A stretch of 61,325 nt of DNA from an uncultured Hyphomicrobiales bacterium. Its GTDB lineage: Bacteria; Bacteroidota; Ignavibacteria; Kapaibacteriales; UBA2268. The first letter of the stretch is position 1. Each line of letters starts with the position of its first letter. Positions 26,009 to 35,468 of the stretch are shown here, piece after piece. The notes beneath the pieces were generated by a model, which ran no database searches, was not told the DNA's origin, and saw only the letters and a program-made list of their open reading frames with translations. The stretch spans positions 1 through 61,325 of the forward strand of contig CAZSWR010000006.1 in assembly GCA_964610885.1 (NCBI GenBank). Reading direction: 5' to 3'. Made by a program: the position numbers and the translations under genes.

Positions 26009-27511
26009 TCAATTCCCTTTCATGCTAAGTAGTTCCTGCCTCATTTGGTTATAGGCGTTTTTGACGACGCGGTCCGTAACCAAATAGTTTTCGATTGCCT
26101 GGCACGAATGCAGCACGGTCGAGTGGTCTCGTCCGCCGAAATTCGCCCCGATCACCTTCAGCGATGCACGTGTCATCTCTTTGGTAAGGTACATCGACAT
26201 TTGCCGAGCGAGCGTGATTTCGTGTTTGCGGGATTTTGATTCCATCATTTCGCCGGAAACATTGTAGAATGCCGACACGACGCCTTTGATCACGTCGATA
26301 GTGATTTCCTTGACTGGCGCGGGTGCGGAGCTGATTCCGCTGACCACTTCGCGGGCCAAATCGAGCGTAAGCTGCTTGCGGTCGAGCGTTACCTTGGCGA
26401 TAAGCCCGATGAGCGCGCCTTCGAGTTCGCGGACGCTTGCCGTAACGTTTTCGGCGATGTATTCGGCCACATCGAATGGGAGTTCGATACCTTCGTCGCT
26501 ACTTTTCTTCATCAGAATAGCGATTCGGGTTTCGTAGTCAGGCGGTTGGATATCGACCGTCAGACCCCACTGGAAGCGGGAAATAAGCCTTTCGTCCACG
26601 TCTTGGATGTCTTTCGGCGGGCGGTCGCTGGTCAATATGATCTGCTTGCCGGCCTGATGGAAGGCATTGAACGTGTGGAAGAAGCAATTCTGTATGCCGG
26701 TTTTGCCGGAGAAGAATTGGATATCGTCCACGATTAGCACGTCGAATGCGCGGTAGTAGGCATTAAATTCGTTGCCTTTGTGCTTCTGCAGCGCATTTAA
26801 AAATTCCATTGTGAAGTGTTCGCTTGTCGTATAGAGCACCTTAGCGTTCTTCCTTTTGCGAAGCACCTCGTTTCCGATTGCTTGAACTAAGTGTGTTTTG
26901 CCCAAGCCTGAACTGCCATAAATCACCAATGGGTTGTACCGAGTGCCGCCGGGACGGTCCGCAACGGCCTTAGCCGCCGAGTTAGCCAGTTGATTTCCTT
27001 CGCCACAGATGAAATTCTCGAATGAATAGCGGGGGTTAAGTCCGGATTGATATTCGATTTCCTGAGGCTTCGAATCGAACGAAAGAGCAGTTTGCTTGGC
27101 CGATGGGGGATTTTTGAATGCTGGGAGCTTGATTGTGCGGTTTTCAGCTTTTTCGGCGGCTACGTCCACCATAATATTATACTTCAAAACGCAGTTTTCG
27201 CCCAACACTTCAACTATCGTGCGTTGCAACAGGGGATAATAATGCTCTTCGATCCATTCACAGAAAAACTGACTAGGTACATTAACCACTAATTGGCTGC
27301 TCGCAAAGCTTTGGGCCTTGATCGGTTCGAACCATGTAGCAAATACGTGGGGGGAAACGTTGTCTCTGATGATTTCGAGGCAACGCGACCAGTATTTCTC
27401 GGCTTCCGTCAGGTTTTGGCTGGGAGCGGGCACTTGTTTCAGGTGCGCCTGTCCCGAGCCTTCCGTAGCTTCAAGAGCAAAAAACGGCAGTGTATCTAAT
27501 TTCTTAGACAC
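26009..27511 (-). CDS. dnaA: Chromosomal replication initiator protein DnaA
   Basis: 500 aa. Walker A GSSGLGKTHL, DDIQFF box, and a C-terminal DNA-binding domain with GGRDHSTVLHSCQ. Confidence 0.95.
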   Translation of the reverse strand: MSKKLDTLPFFALEATEGSGQAHLKQVPAPSQNLTEAEKYWSRCLEIIRDNVSPHVFATWFEPIKAQSFASSQLVVNVPSQFFCEWIEEHYYPLLQRTIVEVLGENCVLKYNIMVDVAAEKAENRTIKLPAFKNPPSAKQTALSFDSKPQEIEYQSGLNPRYSFENFICGEGNQLANSAAKAVADRPGGTRYNPLVIYGSSGLGKTHLVQAIGNEVLRKRKNAKVLYTTSEHFTMEFLNALQKHKGNEFNAYYRAFDVLIVDDIQFFSGKTGIQNCFFHTFNAFHQAGKQIILTSDRPPKDIQDVDERLISRFQWGLTVDIQPPDYETRIAILMKKSSDEGIELPFDVAEYIAENVTASVRELEGALIGLIAKVTLDRKQLTLDLAREVVSGISSAPAPVKEITIDVIKGVVSAFYNVSGEMMESKSRKHEITLARQMSMYLTKEMTRASLKVIGANFGGRDHSTVLHSCQAIENYLVTDRVVKNAYNQMRQELLSMKGN

Positions 27512-27696
27512 AGCAATCTCCTTTTTTTGAGGTTAATAAAAAATCAAAAACACCATGTTAAAAGGTGGTCATTATTATTAAGTGATAAAAATCCCACCTG
27601 GATGAATTGCCTGATATGAAGCAATTTCCTGTTAAGGCTTTAACGGTGAGTTTGGTACCGTTAGTAGAATTTACTATTTTGTCAAGAAGAAAGATG

Positions 27697-27705
27697 TTTT
27701 CCACA
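27697..27705 (+). promoter_or_regulatory. DnaA box-like 9-mer TTTTCCACA
   Basis: Matches TTATCCACA at 8 of 9 positions. Confidence 0.5.
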
Positions 27706-27787
27706 GTGAAGACAAATCTGTTCAAAGTTTTCAACATCATCACGAAGCGAAAATTGAAATTTTTTCTTAAAAACGCAAGTATTATAT

Positions 27788-27796
27788 TTTTCCACA
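27788..27796 (+). promoter_or_regulatory. DnaA box-like 9-mer TTTTCCACA
   Basis: Matches TTATCCACA at 8 of 9 positions. Same orientation as the first box, 91 bp away. Confidence 0.5.
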
Positions 27797-28303
27797 TGCA
27801 CATTTTTTTCTTGGATTTTTTAAACAGTTACTTTTTAAACAACTTATAAGAATTGTTGGATATGATGAAAAAATGAAATCTTCTCGCCTCTGTATATCGT
27901 TATCAATAAATGACTTACAGGCGATGCTGAAAAATACTTCACAATTTATTAAACCAACTTCGCCTTTAAACCATTGAAAACACTAAGCACAAATTATTAA
28001 CGAATGTTAATAATAGATAAAAAAAATTTTTTATGAATTGAAAATCGCTGAATGGAAATTCAGTCGAAATATCACCAAACATCGTAAGTATAATTATTTC
28101 AACACAATTCATAAAAACAGCTTCCAAATGGGATAATTTTCAACAATCGTATTTCCTTATTTTGTGTAGCAGGACATGTTGAAAACTTAGGCTTGCATTT
28201 TGAAATTCTTTCCTTTTTGTGAAATAAAGATGTGATTATTCGGCGGACTTTGATAAATTTGCATTAAATACAATGTAGTTTTTTATTTGAAATTGGAGAT
28301 TAT

Positions 28304-29494
28304 ATGGATTTATTTGAAAGGTGCCGTGCCTTTACCCGTGCTGACGAAGTCAAAGCATCAGGATACTATCCTTACTTCCGTCCAATAGAGGAAAACGAAG
28401 GACCTGTCGTTATCATCGGTGGCAAAGAAGTTGTTATGGCCGGGTCGAACAATTACCTCGGACTGACAGCCCACCCCAAAGTGAAACAAGCAGCAAAGGA
28501 TGCCGTCGATAAATACGGTACTGGATGCTCCGGTTCGCGTTACCTGACGGGCACCTTGGACCTGCACAACAAATTGGAGGAACGTCTCGCTGAATTCCTC
28601 GGCTACGAAGCTGTTCTGCTCTTCAGCACCGGATACCAAACGGCTATCGGCGTAATTTCAACTCTTGTTCAGAAAGGCGATTACGTTATCTCCGACAAAG
28701 AGAATCACGCCTCGATCGTGAACGGTTGCCTGGTGGCGAAGGGCGCATTTGTCGAATTCATTCGATACAAGCACAACGACCCAGACGACCTGGAACGCAT
28801 ACTGCAAGGTCTTCCGGAAGCGAGCGGAAAATTCATTGTTACCGATGGTGTGTTTTCAGTTTCCGGCGAATTGGTCAATTTGCCCCGCCTTACCGAAATT
28901 GCTCACAAATATGGCGCCCGCCTGATGATTGACGACGCACATGCTTTCGGCGTCATCGGCAAATGCGGCCGCGGCACTGCATCGCACTTTGGCCTGACCG
29001 ACAAAACCGACCTCACCATGGGCACTTTCTCGAAAACTCTTGCCTCGCTCGGTGGCTATATCGCCGGACCGGAAAGAGTAATCAATTACCTTAAACACCA
29101 TTCGCCCGCACTTATCTTCAGCGCATCGCCCACACCGGCTTCGTGCGCCGCCACTCTTGCCGCCTTGGACGTTATGGAAGAGAACCCGGGGATGGTAGAT
29201 AAACTTATCGAAAACGCTGATTATATGCGCAAAGGATTCCGCGAAATGGGATTCGAAATCATCGAAAGCCAAACGGCAATCGTACCAGTTATGGTTGGCG
29301 ATCCGGACAAGGCCTTCTTCCTTTGGAGGAAACTATTCGATAACGGCGTGTTCGTGAATGCATTCGTGCCGCCGGGAGTGCCGCCGAATATGAGCATGAT
29401 GCGCACCAGCTATATGGCATCGCACGAAAAAGTGCATTTGGACAAAATCCTCGACGTGTTCAAAGCAGTTGGTAAAGAAATTGGGATTATATAA
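28304..29494 (+). CDS. Alpha-oxoamine synthase family PLP enzyme (serine palmitoyltransferase / Kbl / BioF-like)
   Basis: 396 aa. [15 protein letters not shown], and [12 protein letters not shown] (PLP lysine). The N-terminal YPYFRPIE... and overall pattern look closest to bacterial SPT-like members. Confidence 0.85.
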   Translation: MDLFERCRAFTRADEVKASGYYPYFRPIEENEGPVVIIGGKEVVMAGSNNYLGLTAHPKVKQAAKDAVDKYGTGCSGSRYLTGTLDLHNKLEERLAEFLGYEAVLLFSTGYQTAIGVISTLVQKGDYVISDKENHASIVNGCLVAKGAFVEFIRYKHNDPDDLERILQGLPEASGKFIVTDGVFSVSGELVNLPRLTEIAHKYGARLMIDDAHAFGVIGKCGRGTASHFGLTDKTDLTMGTFSKTLASLGGYIAGPERVINYLKHHSPALIFSASPTPASCAATLAALDVMEENPGMVDKLIENADYMRKGFREMGFEIIESQTAIVPVMVGDPDKAFFLWRKLFDNGVFVNAFVPPGVPPNMSMMRTSYMASHEKVHLDKILDVFKAVGKEIGII

Positions 29495-29542
29495 TATGTA
29501 AAGCCAACCTCAAGAGTTGACTTTCAGACTTGACATTTATCA

Positions 29543-29581
29543 AACATCCGGTGCCTCTTTAAGAGCATCGGATGTTTTTTA
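29543..29581 (+). terminator. Rho-independent terminator
   Basis: ACATCCGGTGCCTC / GAGCATCGGATGT stem followed by a T7 run. Confidence 0.75.
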
Positions 29582-29660
29582 TTGGACTAATGTTATTTAC
29601 GATTAAGCACTAAAATGCCATTTGGCAACGAGTATATTAAAGATACTATATAAAATGTGA

Positions 29661-29679
29661 GGGCGAGGTAACCTCGCCC
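29661..29679. repeat. 19-bp palindrome GGGCGAGGTAACCTCGCCC
   Basis: Reverse complement of 4380-4398. Confidence 0.8.
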
Positions 29680-29951
29680 CTACCCAGGACAAAACAGCGG
29701 AACTCCACGTCGGAAGGATACTGCGATCAATTGATTAGTAACTAATCCGATGAACGCCGAAGAACCAAAGCCGATTACGAATGAATGGCTCCAGAGTCAG
29801 CGGATGAGTTTCTGGAATCGAGCCTGAGCTAAAAGCTCACGGAAAGCATTATTGAACCCTTAATTCTCAAAATAATGTTTCTTTTTCTTGAAAATTGATT
29901 GTAAATTGTAAAAATGAATGTAATTATGTTTCTATATTAAAAGGAATCACA

Positions 29952-31634
29952 ATGCCAAAGACTTTGCGTTTATCGATGATTCTAATGCTGGCTGTATTTT
30001 CAATGGCTTCTGCCCAGGAATCGCTGCTCTTAAAGTCTGCAAAGGCCGAATTGCAAAGGGCCTACGAAGAATTCCGCAAGGAAAAAACTCCGGCATACTA
30101 TATCGGTTTCACAATTAATGAAAGCAATGCCTACCGCTTGAGTGCTTCTTGCGGCCGGCTCGAACGAGACGAAAACACCAAAGCGCGCATTTTGGATATT
30201 GATTTAAGAGTGGGCGATTATAGCTTCGACAATACGCACATCATCCGTGGCGCAGGATTTTCGTTCGGGCGCGGCTCGATGGACGCAATGCTCCCGCTCG
30301 AAAACGACGAAGCCGCAATCCGCGCCTCCATTTGGTACACCACCGATAAAGTTTATAAATCGGCCATCGAACGCTACGAAAAGGCTATCACGAACAAAGC
30401 AGTGAAAGTGGCCGAAGAGGATTCGGCAGCTGATTTCTCCAAAGAAAAAAGCGAGAAATACATCGGTACAATCGTTGAAAACACATTCGATGTCCAACAA
30501 TGGCGCGACAAACTGCGCAAACTCTCGGATCTGTTCACTCCCAAAGGATGGATATACGAATCGTCCGTTTCGATTTCTGCCGCCGTTAATAATAAATACA
30601 TTCTCAGCACGGAAGGAACCGAAATCCAGATGTCCGAACCGTACTACCGACTGATGATCAGCCTTTCGACCAAGGCCGAAGACGGCATGAGCCTGCCTCT
30701 GTTCAAGGATTACTTCTCGCACTCCCCCACCGGCTTCCCCGATATGGCCACGATCGAAAAAGACATCCGCTCAATGATCGAACTGGCCGACAAGCTGCGC
30801 AAAGCACCGGTGCTTCAGAACTTCTCTGGTCCGGCAATTCTTTCCGGCCCCGCCTCGGGCGTTTTCTTCCACGAAATCTTCGGGCACAGGGTGGAGGGCC
30901 ACCGCTTGAAGAATCCCAAAGAGGCCCAAACATTCAAAAACTCGATTAACGAACGGATACTCCCCGAGTTCATCGATGTGGTATTCGACCCGACAATCGA
31001 CAAATACAAAAACCACGAAATCAGCGGCAATTACCTCTACGACGACGAAGGCGTCAAATCGAGGAAAGTAACTACCGTGAAAGAAGGTATTTTCAAAGAT
31101 TTCCTCATGAGCCGCCGCCCGGTGAATAACTTCCTGGCGTCCAACGGACACGGCCGCAAACAGGCCGGCTACAGCGTGGTATCGCGCCAGTCTAACCTAT
31201 TGGTGGAAGCGCGCGAAACGGTTACATTCGAAAAACTCAAGAAAAAACTCATCGACGAATGCAAAAAGCAAGACAAAGAATACGGGCTGTACTTCGTCGA
31301 GGTGGCCGGAGGCTTCACCTTCACGGGCACGAGCATTCCGAACTCCTTCAACGTTACGCCTCGCGTTGTCTATAAAATATTCGCTGACGGGCGCCCTGAC
31401 GAACTCGTCCGCGGTGTGGACCTGATCGGCACTCCGATCACGACCTTCAAAAACATCACAGCAGCAGCCGACGATGTCGGTATTTTCAATGGCGTTTGCG
31501 GTGCCGAGTCCGGTGGCGTGCCGGTGTCGGCGTGTTCGCCTTCGCTTCTCGTGTCGTTCATCGAAGCGCAGAAAAAGGGCAAATCCGAAGCCAAACTGCC
31601 GATTCTGCCATGCCCCATTGAAAACCAACCGTAA
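29952..31634 (+). CDS. Secreted TldD-like metallopeptidase (TldD/PmbA family)
   Basis: Signal peptide MPKTLRLSMILMLAVFSMASAQ after AAGGA. HEIFGHRVEGH metal-binding motif. The ORF track starts at an upstream TTG at 29895. Confidence 0.8.
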   Translation: MPKTLRLSMILMLAVFSMASAQESLLLKSAKAELQRAYEEFRKEKTPAYYIGFTINESNAYRLSASCGRLERDENTKARILDIDLRVGDYSFDNTHIIRGAGFSFGRGSMDAMLPLENDEAAIRASIWYTTDKVYKSAIERYEKAITNKAVKVAEEDSAADFSKEKSEKYIGTIVENTFDVQQWRDKLRKLSDLFTPKGWIYESSVSISAAVNNKYILSTEGTEIQMSEPYYRLMISLSTKAEDGMSLPLFKDYFSHSPTGFPDMATIEKDIRSMIELADKLRKAPVLQNFSGPAILSGPASGVFFHEIFGHRVEGHRLKNPKEAQTFKNSINERILPEFIDVVFDPTIDKYKNHEISGNYLYDDEGVKSRKVTTVKEGIFKDFLMSRRPVNNFLASNGHGRKQAGYSVVSRQSNLLVEARETVTFEKLKKKLIDECKKQDKEYGLYFVEVAGGFTFTGTSIPNSFNVTPRVVYKIFADGRPDELVRGVDLIGTPITTFKNITAAADDVGIFNGVCGAESGGVPVSACSPSLLVSFIEAQKKGKSEAKLPILPCPIENQP

Positions 31635-31665
31635 TTAATTGAATTTAAAAGGAAAGGATTATTAA

Positions 31666-33471
31666 ATGAAAAAATCAATTTTTGCTTTTGTTCTGTCGGT
31701 TGCGGTCTGCTTTTCAATGTTCACCTCCGTATCCAAATCGCAAGACGACATTATGCGAGCCATGCAAGACGAACTGAACCGGTCGATGGCCGAACTCAAA
31801 TTGGACAAACTCCAGAAACCTTACTATATTGAATATACACTGAAAATATTTGATGCATACGAGGCAGTGGCCACTCTGGGCAGCATCCGCGACGACAAAA
31901 CTGTGCGCCGCGCAACTCTGACCGTGGGTTTGCGCGTGGGCGACTACAAATTCGACAACACAAATTTCTTCGATTTCAGCATCAGCTTCTTCGGTTCCGG
32001 GGACGATGAGGAATCTTTCGTCAACCGAATGATCACCATCGAACCGGACTACAAATCCCTTCGCCGCGAATTGTGGTTGGCCACAGACGCCGCCTACAAG
32101 CGCAACGCCGAAGCGATGACCAAGAAGGAAACTGTTTTGAAAAACAGAATCCGAAAGGACACGATTCCCGATTTCATTCAAATGGGGCCTGAGGAATTCA
32201 TGGGCAAACCATCGCCCGAACTCTTCACTGCCGACGGCATTGCCAGGACGAAATCCGATTTCGAGGCGATGAAACAACTCTGTAAGAAATTATCTGCCAA
32301 GTTCCGTGCTTTCCCTGACGTCTTCGCTTCGCAATGCACATACGAATGCACACCCAAGACAGTATATTACGTCAACTCCGAAGGCCGCAAATACATCAAT
32401 TCCGAAGTATTTGCCGGATTTGAAGTGTCGGCAATCTCGCAAGCGACGGACGGCATGCCCGTCGGTAATTTCTTCTCGGCCTATGGCCAGGACCGCCGGA
32501 GCCTTCCATCGGCCGATTCTTTGGACAGGGCGGTCGATGAATTGATCAAAAAGCTCTTGGAAACCAGGAATGCAAACACTCTCGAGGATTCATATTCCGG
32601 TCCGGTGCTCTTCGAAGGCCAGGCAGCAGCCCAACTATTTGCGCAGAGCTTTGCGCCTTGCTTGGCCGTCCAGCGCGACCAGCTGACCGAAATGGGCAAG
32701 GACGAACCCGAAAGGTACTCCGAATTCCAGAACAAAGTCGGCGGCAGGGTCTTGCCGGAATTCCTGTCTGTTTCGGCTATTCCTTCGATGAAAGAATACA
32801 AATCCATGAAACTCCTTGGCAACTACGCAATCGACGACCAAGGCGTCAAGGCCGAAGACGTGGTTTTGGTCAAAGACGGCTTCCTGAAGAATTTGCTCTC
32901 GGGCCGCGTACCGACCAAGAGAATCAAAGCCTCGAACGGGCACTGCCGCGGCGGCTCGGCCATGCTGAGCACCATCGAGCTGAGCGCAACAGACGAAAAA
33001 GTGCAAACAAATGCCGAAATGCGCGAACGACTTATTCAATTGTGCCGCGACAGAGAATTGCCCTACGCAATCGTGGTTAAAAAAGTAATGGACAAAAACA
33101 TACTTGGGACGGCCATCATGAGACTTTCCGATGGCGACTTCATTTCTTCGCTCTATGGCAAACCCAAAGTGCAAATCGTGGAAGCAGTTAAGCTCTTCGC
33201 CGATGGCCACGAAGAAGTGGTGCGCGGCGTCGAGGGCTTGGGATTCACTCCTCAGGGCTTCAAAGATATTCTCTCGGTGGGCAGCAACTCCTATGCGCTG
33301 AATTATCTGGCTCCATCGATCTCTTCGCCATACATGACCGGTGGCGATGCTTATGTGCATTGCTCGGTTATCACGCCGGATTTGCTCTTCGAGGATGCAG
33401 AAATCAAGCCTCTCCAAGACGATTTCACCAAGCCTCCGATAATAAAAAATCCGCTCTTGCTTGTGAAATAA
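31666..33471 (+). CDS. Secreted PmbA-like partner of the TldD/PmbA family (no HExxxH)
   Basis: Signal peptide. Paralogous fold to the upstream gene (LRVGDYKFDN..., SNGH.R...). Lacks the His motif, as PmbA does. Confidence 0.75.
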   Translation: MKKSIFAFVLSVAVCFSMFTSVSKSQDDIMRAMQDELNRSMAELKLDKLQKPYYIEYTLKIFDAYEAVATLGSIRDDKTVRRATLTVGLRVGDYKFDNTNFFDFSISFFGSGDDEESFVNRMITIEPDYKSLRRELWLATDAAYKRNAEAMTKKETVLKNRIRKDTIPDFIQMGPEEFMGKPSPELFTADGIARTKSDFEAMKQLCKKLSAKFRAFPDVFASQCTYECTPKTVYYVNSEGRKYINSEVFAGFEVSAISQATDGMPVGNFFSAYGQDRRSLPSADSLDRAVDELIKKLLETRNANTLEDSYSGPVLFEGQAAAQLFAQSFAPCLAVQRDQLTEMGKDEPERYSEFQNKVGGRVLPEFLSVSAIPSMKEYKSMKLLGNYAIDDQGVKAEDVVLVKDGFLKNLLSGRVPTKRIKASNGHCRGGSAMLSTIELSATDEKVQTNAEMRERLIQLCRDRELPYAIVVKKVMDKNILGTAIMRLSDGDFISSLYGKPKVQIVEAVKLFADGHEEVVRGVEGLGFTPQGFKDILSVGSNSYALNYLAPSISSPYMTGGDAYVHCSVITPDLLFEDAEIKPLQDDFTKPPIIKNPLLLVK

Positions 33472-33492
33472 TTTGGCTCTGTTCAGATACAC

Positions 33493-33529
33493 AAATCCCT
33501 CTTCGCAGCGAATGCGAAGAGGGATTTTT
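33493..33529 (+). terminator. Rho-independent terminator between convergent genes
   Basis: 15-bp stem AAATCCCTCTTCGCA / TGCGAAGAGGGATTT followed by TTTTTA. Confidence 0.75.
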
Positions 33530-33581
33530 AGTATTGGACTAGGGTTTGGAATTACTTCCTGTCAGAAGTGGCAGCCATCGC

Positions 33582-35426
33582 CTATTTCACAAATTGTTTT
33601 GCATAGAACTCTGGCGTCAGCGGTCGGCCGGTGGCGCGTTCGATCATTTGGTTCCAAGGCAGCTCGGCGCCAGGGCCGAAAACCATTTTCTGAAGGTAAT
33701 GACCAACTTTGGGATTGCCTTTGAAACTGACATTGGCTTCTTTTGAATTCAGAACGCGCTCTTTCAGAGTGAAATAGAGTTGCGATGCAAGGAGTTCGCC
33801 AAGGTGGTAGTTATGGTAGTAGCACGGGAAAGTGGCGATGTGGATTTTCGTGGCCCAGTCAGGAGCATTACGGCCTTCGGGTTTCTTCATACCCTGATAT
33901 TTTTCGACCAAATTCCACCAAAGAGCGTTTAAATCTTGGTCAGGGTCTGCATAGAGGGCTTTTTCGAAACGGAACATGACCTGGGACCAACGGCTGAAGC
34001 AGAGCTGTTCCAACCGGAGGTAGTCGTCGCAAGTGTTTTTAATTCTTTCAAAATCTTTTTGATTCAGTCCAAGCATATCTTTCATCCAGATTGGATTGCT
34101 GGCCATGCGTCCAAACATCATAGCAATTGCTTCGGTAGTGAAAGTATGGGCGGCAGTTTTCAGTATCCAAGGTAACTCTTTATTGTGGTACTTTGTGTAA
34201 ACGGCGTGGCCATATTCGTGTAGCATTGTATTCATCCATTGGGCATTTGGCTGGACGTTGCAGAGCACGCGCACGTCTCCTTTGTCCCGATCGATATCGG
34301 TACAGAAAGCATGTTGGTTTTTACCGGGTTTGTCGAAAAGGTCGCTTTTTTGGAGCAGGTCTTTGATATCCAAGCCGATTGAGCTGTAATACTCTTCGGT
34401 GATTTTGACGATGTCCTTGCCAGCATAGAATTCGTCGAGATTTATATCATAAATCTTCGGTGCCTCCTGGAAATACCTATTCTGGTAGTGCCAAGGCATC
34501 AATTCCTCTGGTTTGATTGAACAGCGTTTCGCCAGGTAGGAATCCATTTTCTCCTTCAGCTTTTGGAAAGCAGGACCCGTGAGGTCGTCCAATTGGTCGA
34601 AGAGTTTCAAGATGTCGTTGGGGTCTTGTTCGTTCAGCTGAAGGCTCATCGTGTGGAAGTTCTCGTATCCGAGCGCTTGGGCTTGCTCATTTCTCATTTT
34701 TACCAAGTTAATAATATCTTCCGATACCAGTTCGCCGATTTTTTTGTGCGCTTTCCATGCTTCCTCGAGTTCGCGAGAATCTTTGCTCGAACCGAGAATA
34801 GCTTCGATTTGGTTGTCAGTCAATTCCTTGCCACCGGCCAAGGCACGGAAGTTTTGGAATTTCTTCGTGATCGAGCTTTGAAGCAATGTGATTTTGTTCA
34901 GTAGTTCTGTTTCGATTTGGTACGGTGCAAAAGTATTGTAGAGCAGCACTAAGCGGCGGGCCAAGATCGGGTCGGACGATTGTTTCATCGATTTGAATGC
35001 TTTTATCTGCTTGAAAGTTTCCTTGTTCGAAAGGAATTCGTTCATTGACATGTCTGCTTTGGCGGCTGTCTCGAAATCCTCATCTTTGCCAGAAATCGAG
35101 GCGTTCCAGTTTGTCTCGGCCGAGGCATTGTAGAACTGTGAGAGTTCTTTCTCGATTCTGTCTGCAAACTCCTTGAATTCTGCATTATCGAATTCTTTCA
35201 TTCCATCCTCTTTTGAATCTTTGACCTCGAGCGTTTGAATATTCATCTTATTTTCTTCGACATTTGTTTTGGCCTGTCTGGCTTTTTTGTCTTTTGGGGC
35301 GGCTTGGGTTTCTTTGGGGACTTCCACCGGCTTTATTTGCTGAATCTGCTGCGCATTGCCCTGAATCGCTGGGAACATTAACCCGATTGCAAGGGCTGTG
35401 GTGATGATTGATTTCTTCATTGGCAC
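33582..35426 (-). CDS. Secreted M2 family (angiotensin-converting-enzyme-like) zinc dipeptidyl carboxypeptidase
   Basis: Signal peptide. HEYGHAVYTKYHNKELPWILKTAAHTFTTEAIAMMFG parallels the ACE HEMGH...EAIGD zinc site and its spacing. Confidence 0.7.
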   Translation of the reverse strand: MPMKKSIITTALAIGLMFPAIQGNAQQIQQIKPVEVPKETQAAPKDKKARQAKTNVEENKMNIQTLEVKDSKEDGMKEFDNAEFKEFADRIEKELSQFYNASAETNWNASISGKDEDFETAAKADMSMNEFLSNKETFKQIKAFKSMKQSSDPILARRLVLLYNTFAPYQIETELLNKITLLQSSITKKFQNFRALAGGKELTDNQIEAILGSSKDSRELEEAWKAHKKIGELVSEDIINLVKMRNEQAQALGYENFHTMSLQLNEQDPNDILKLFDQLDDLTGPAFQKLKEKMDSYLAKRCSIKPEELMPWHYQNRYFQEAPKIYDINLDEFYAGKDIVKITEEYYSSIGLDIKDLLQKSDLFDKPGKNQHAFCTDIDRDKGDVRVLCNVQPNAQWMNTMLHEYGHAVYTKYHNKELPWILKTAAHTFTTEAIAMMFGRMASNPIWMKDMLGLNQKDFERIKNTCDDYLRLEQLCFSRWSQVMFRFEKALYADPDQDLNALWWNLVEKYQGMKKPEGRNAPDWATKIHIATFPCYYHNYHLGELLASQLYFTLKERVLNSKEANVSFKGNPKVGHYLQKMVFGPGAELPWNQMIERATGRPLTPEFYAKQFVK

Positions 35427-35468
35427 TCCTTTGTTTGTAAATATTTATTAAACAATTTGTCTTTATTA

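Larger units (their letters stand above)
27512..28303. other. Candidate oriC / dnaA control region
   Basis: 792-bp AT-rich non-coding spacer immediately upstream of dnaA. It holds two 8/9 DnaA boxes and long A/T tracts. Confidence 0.45.
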
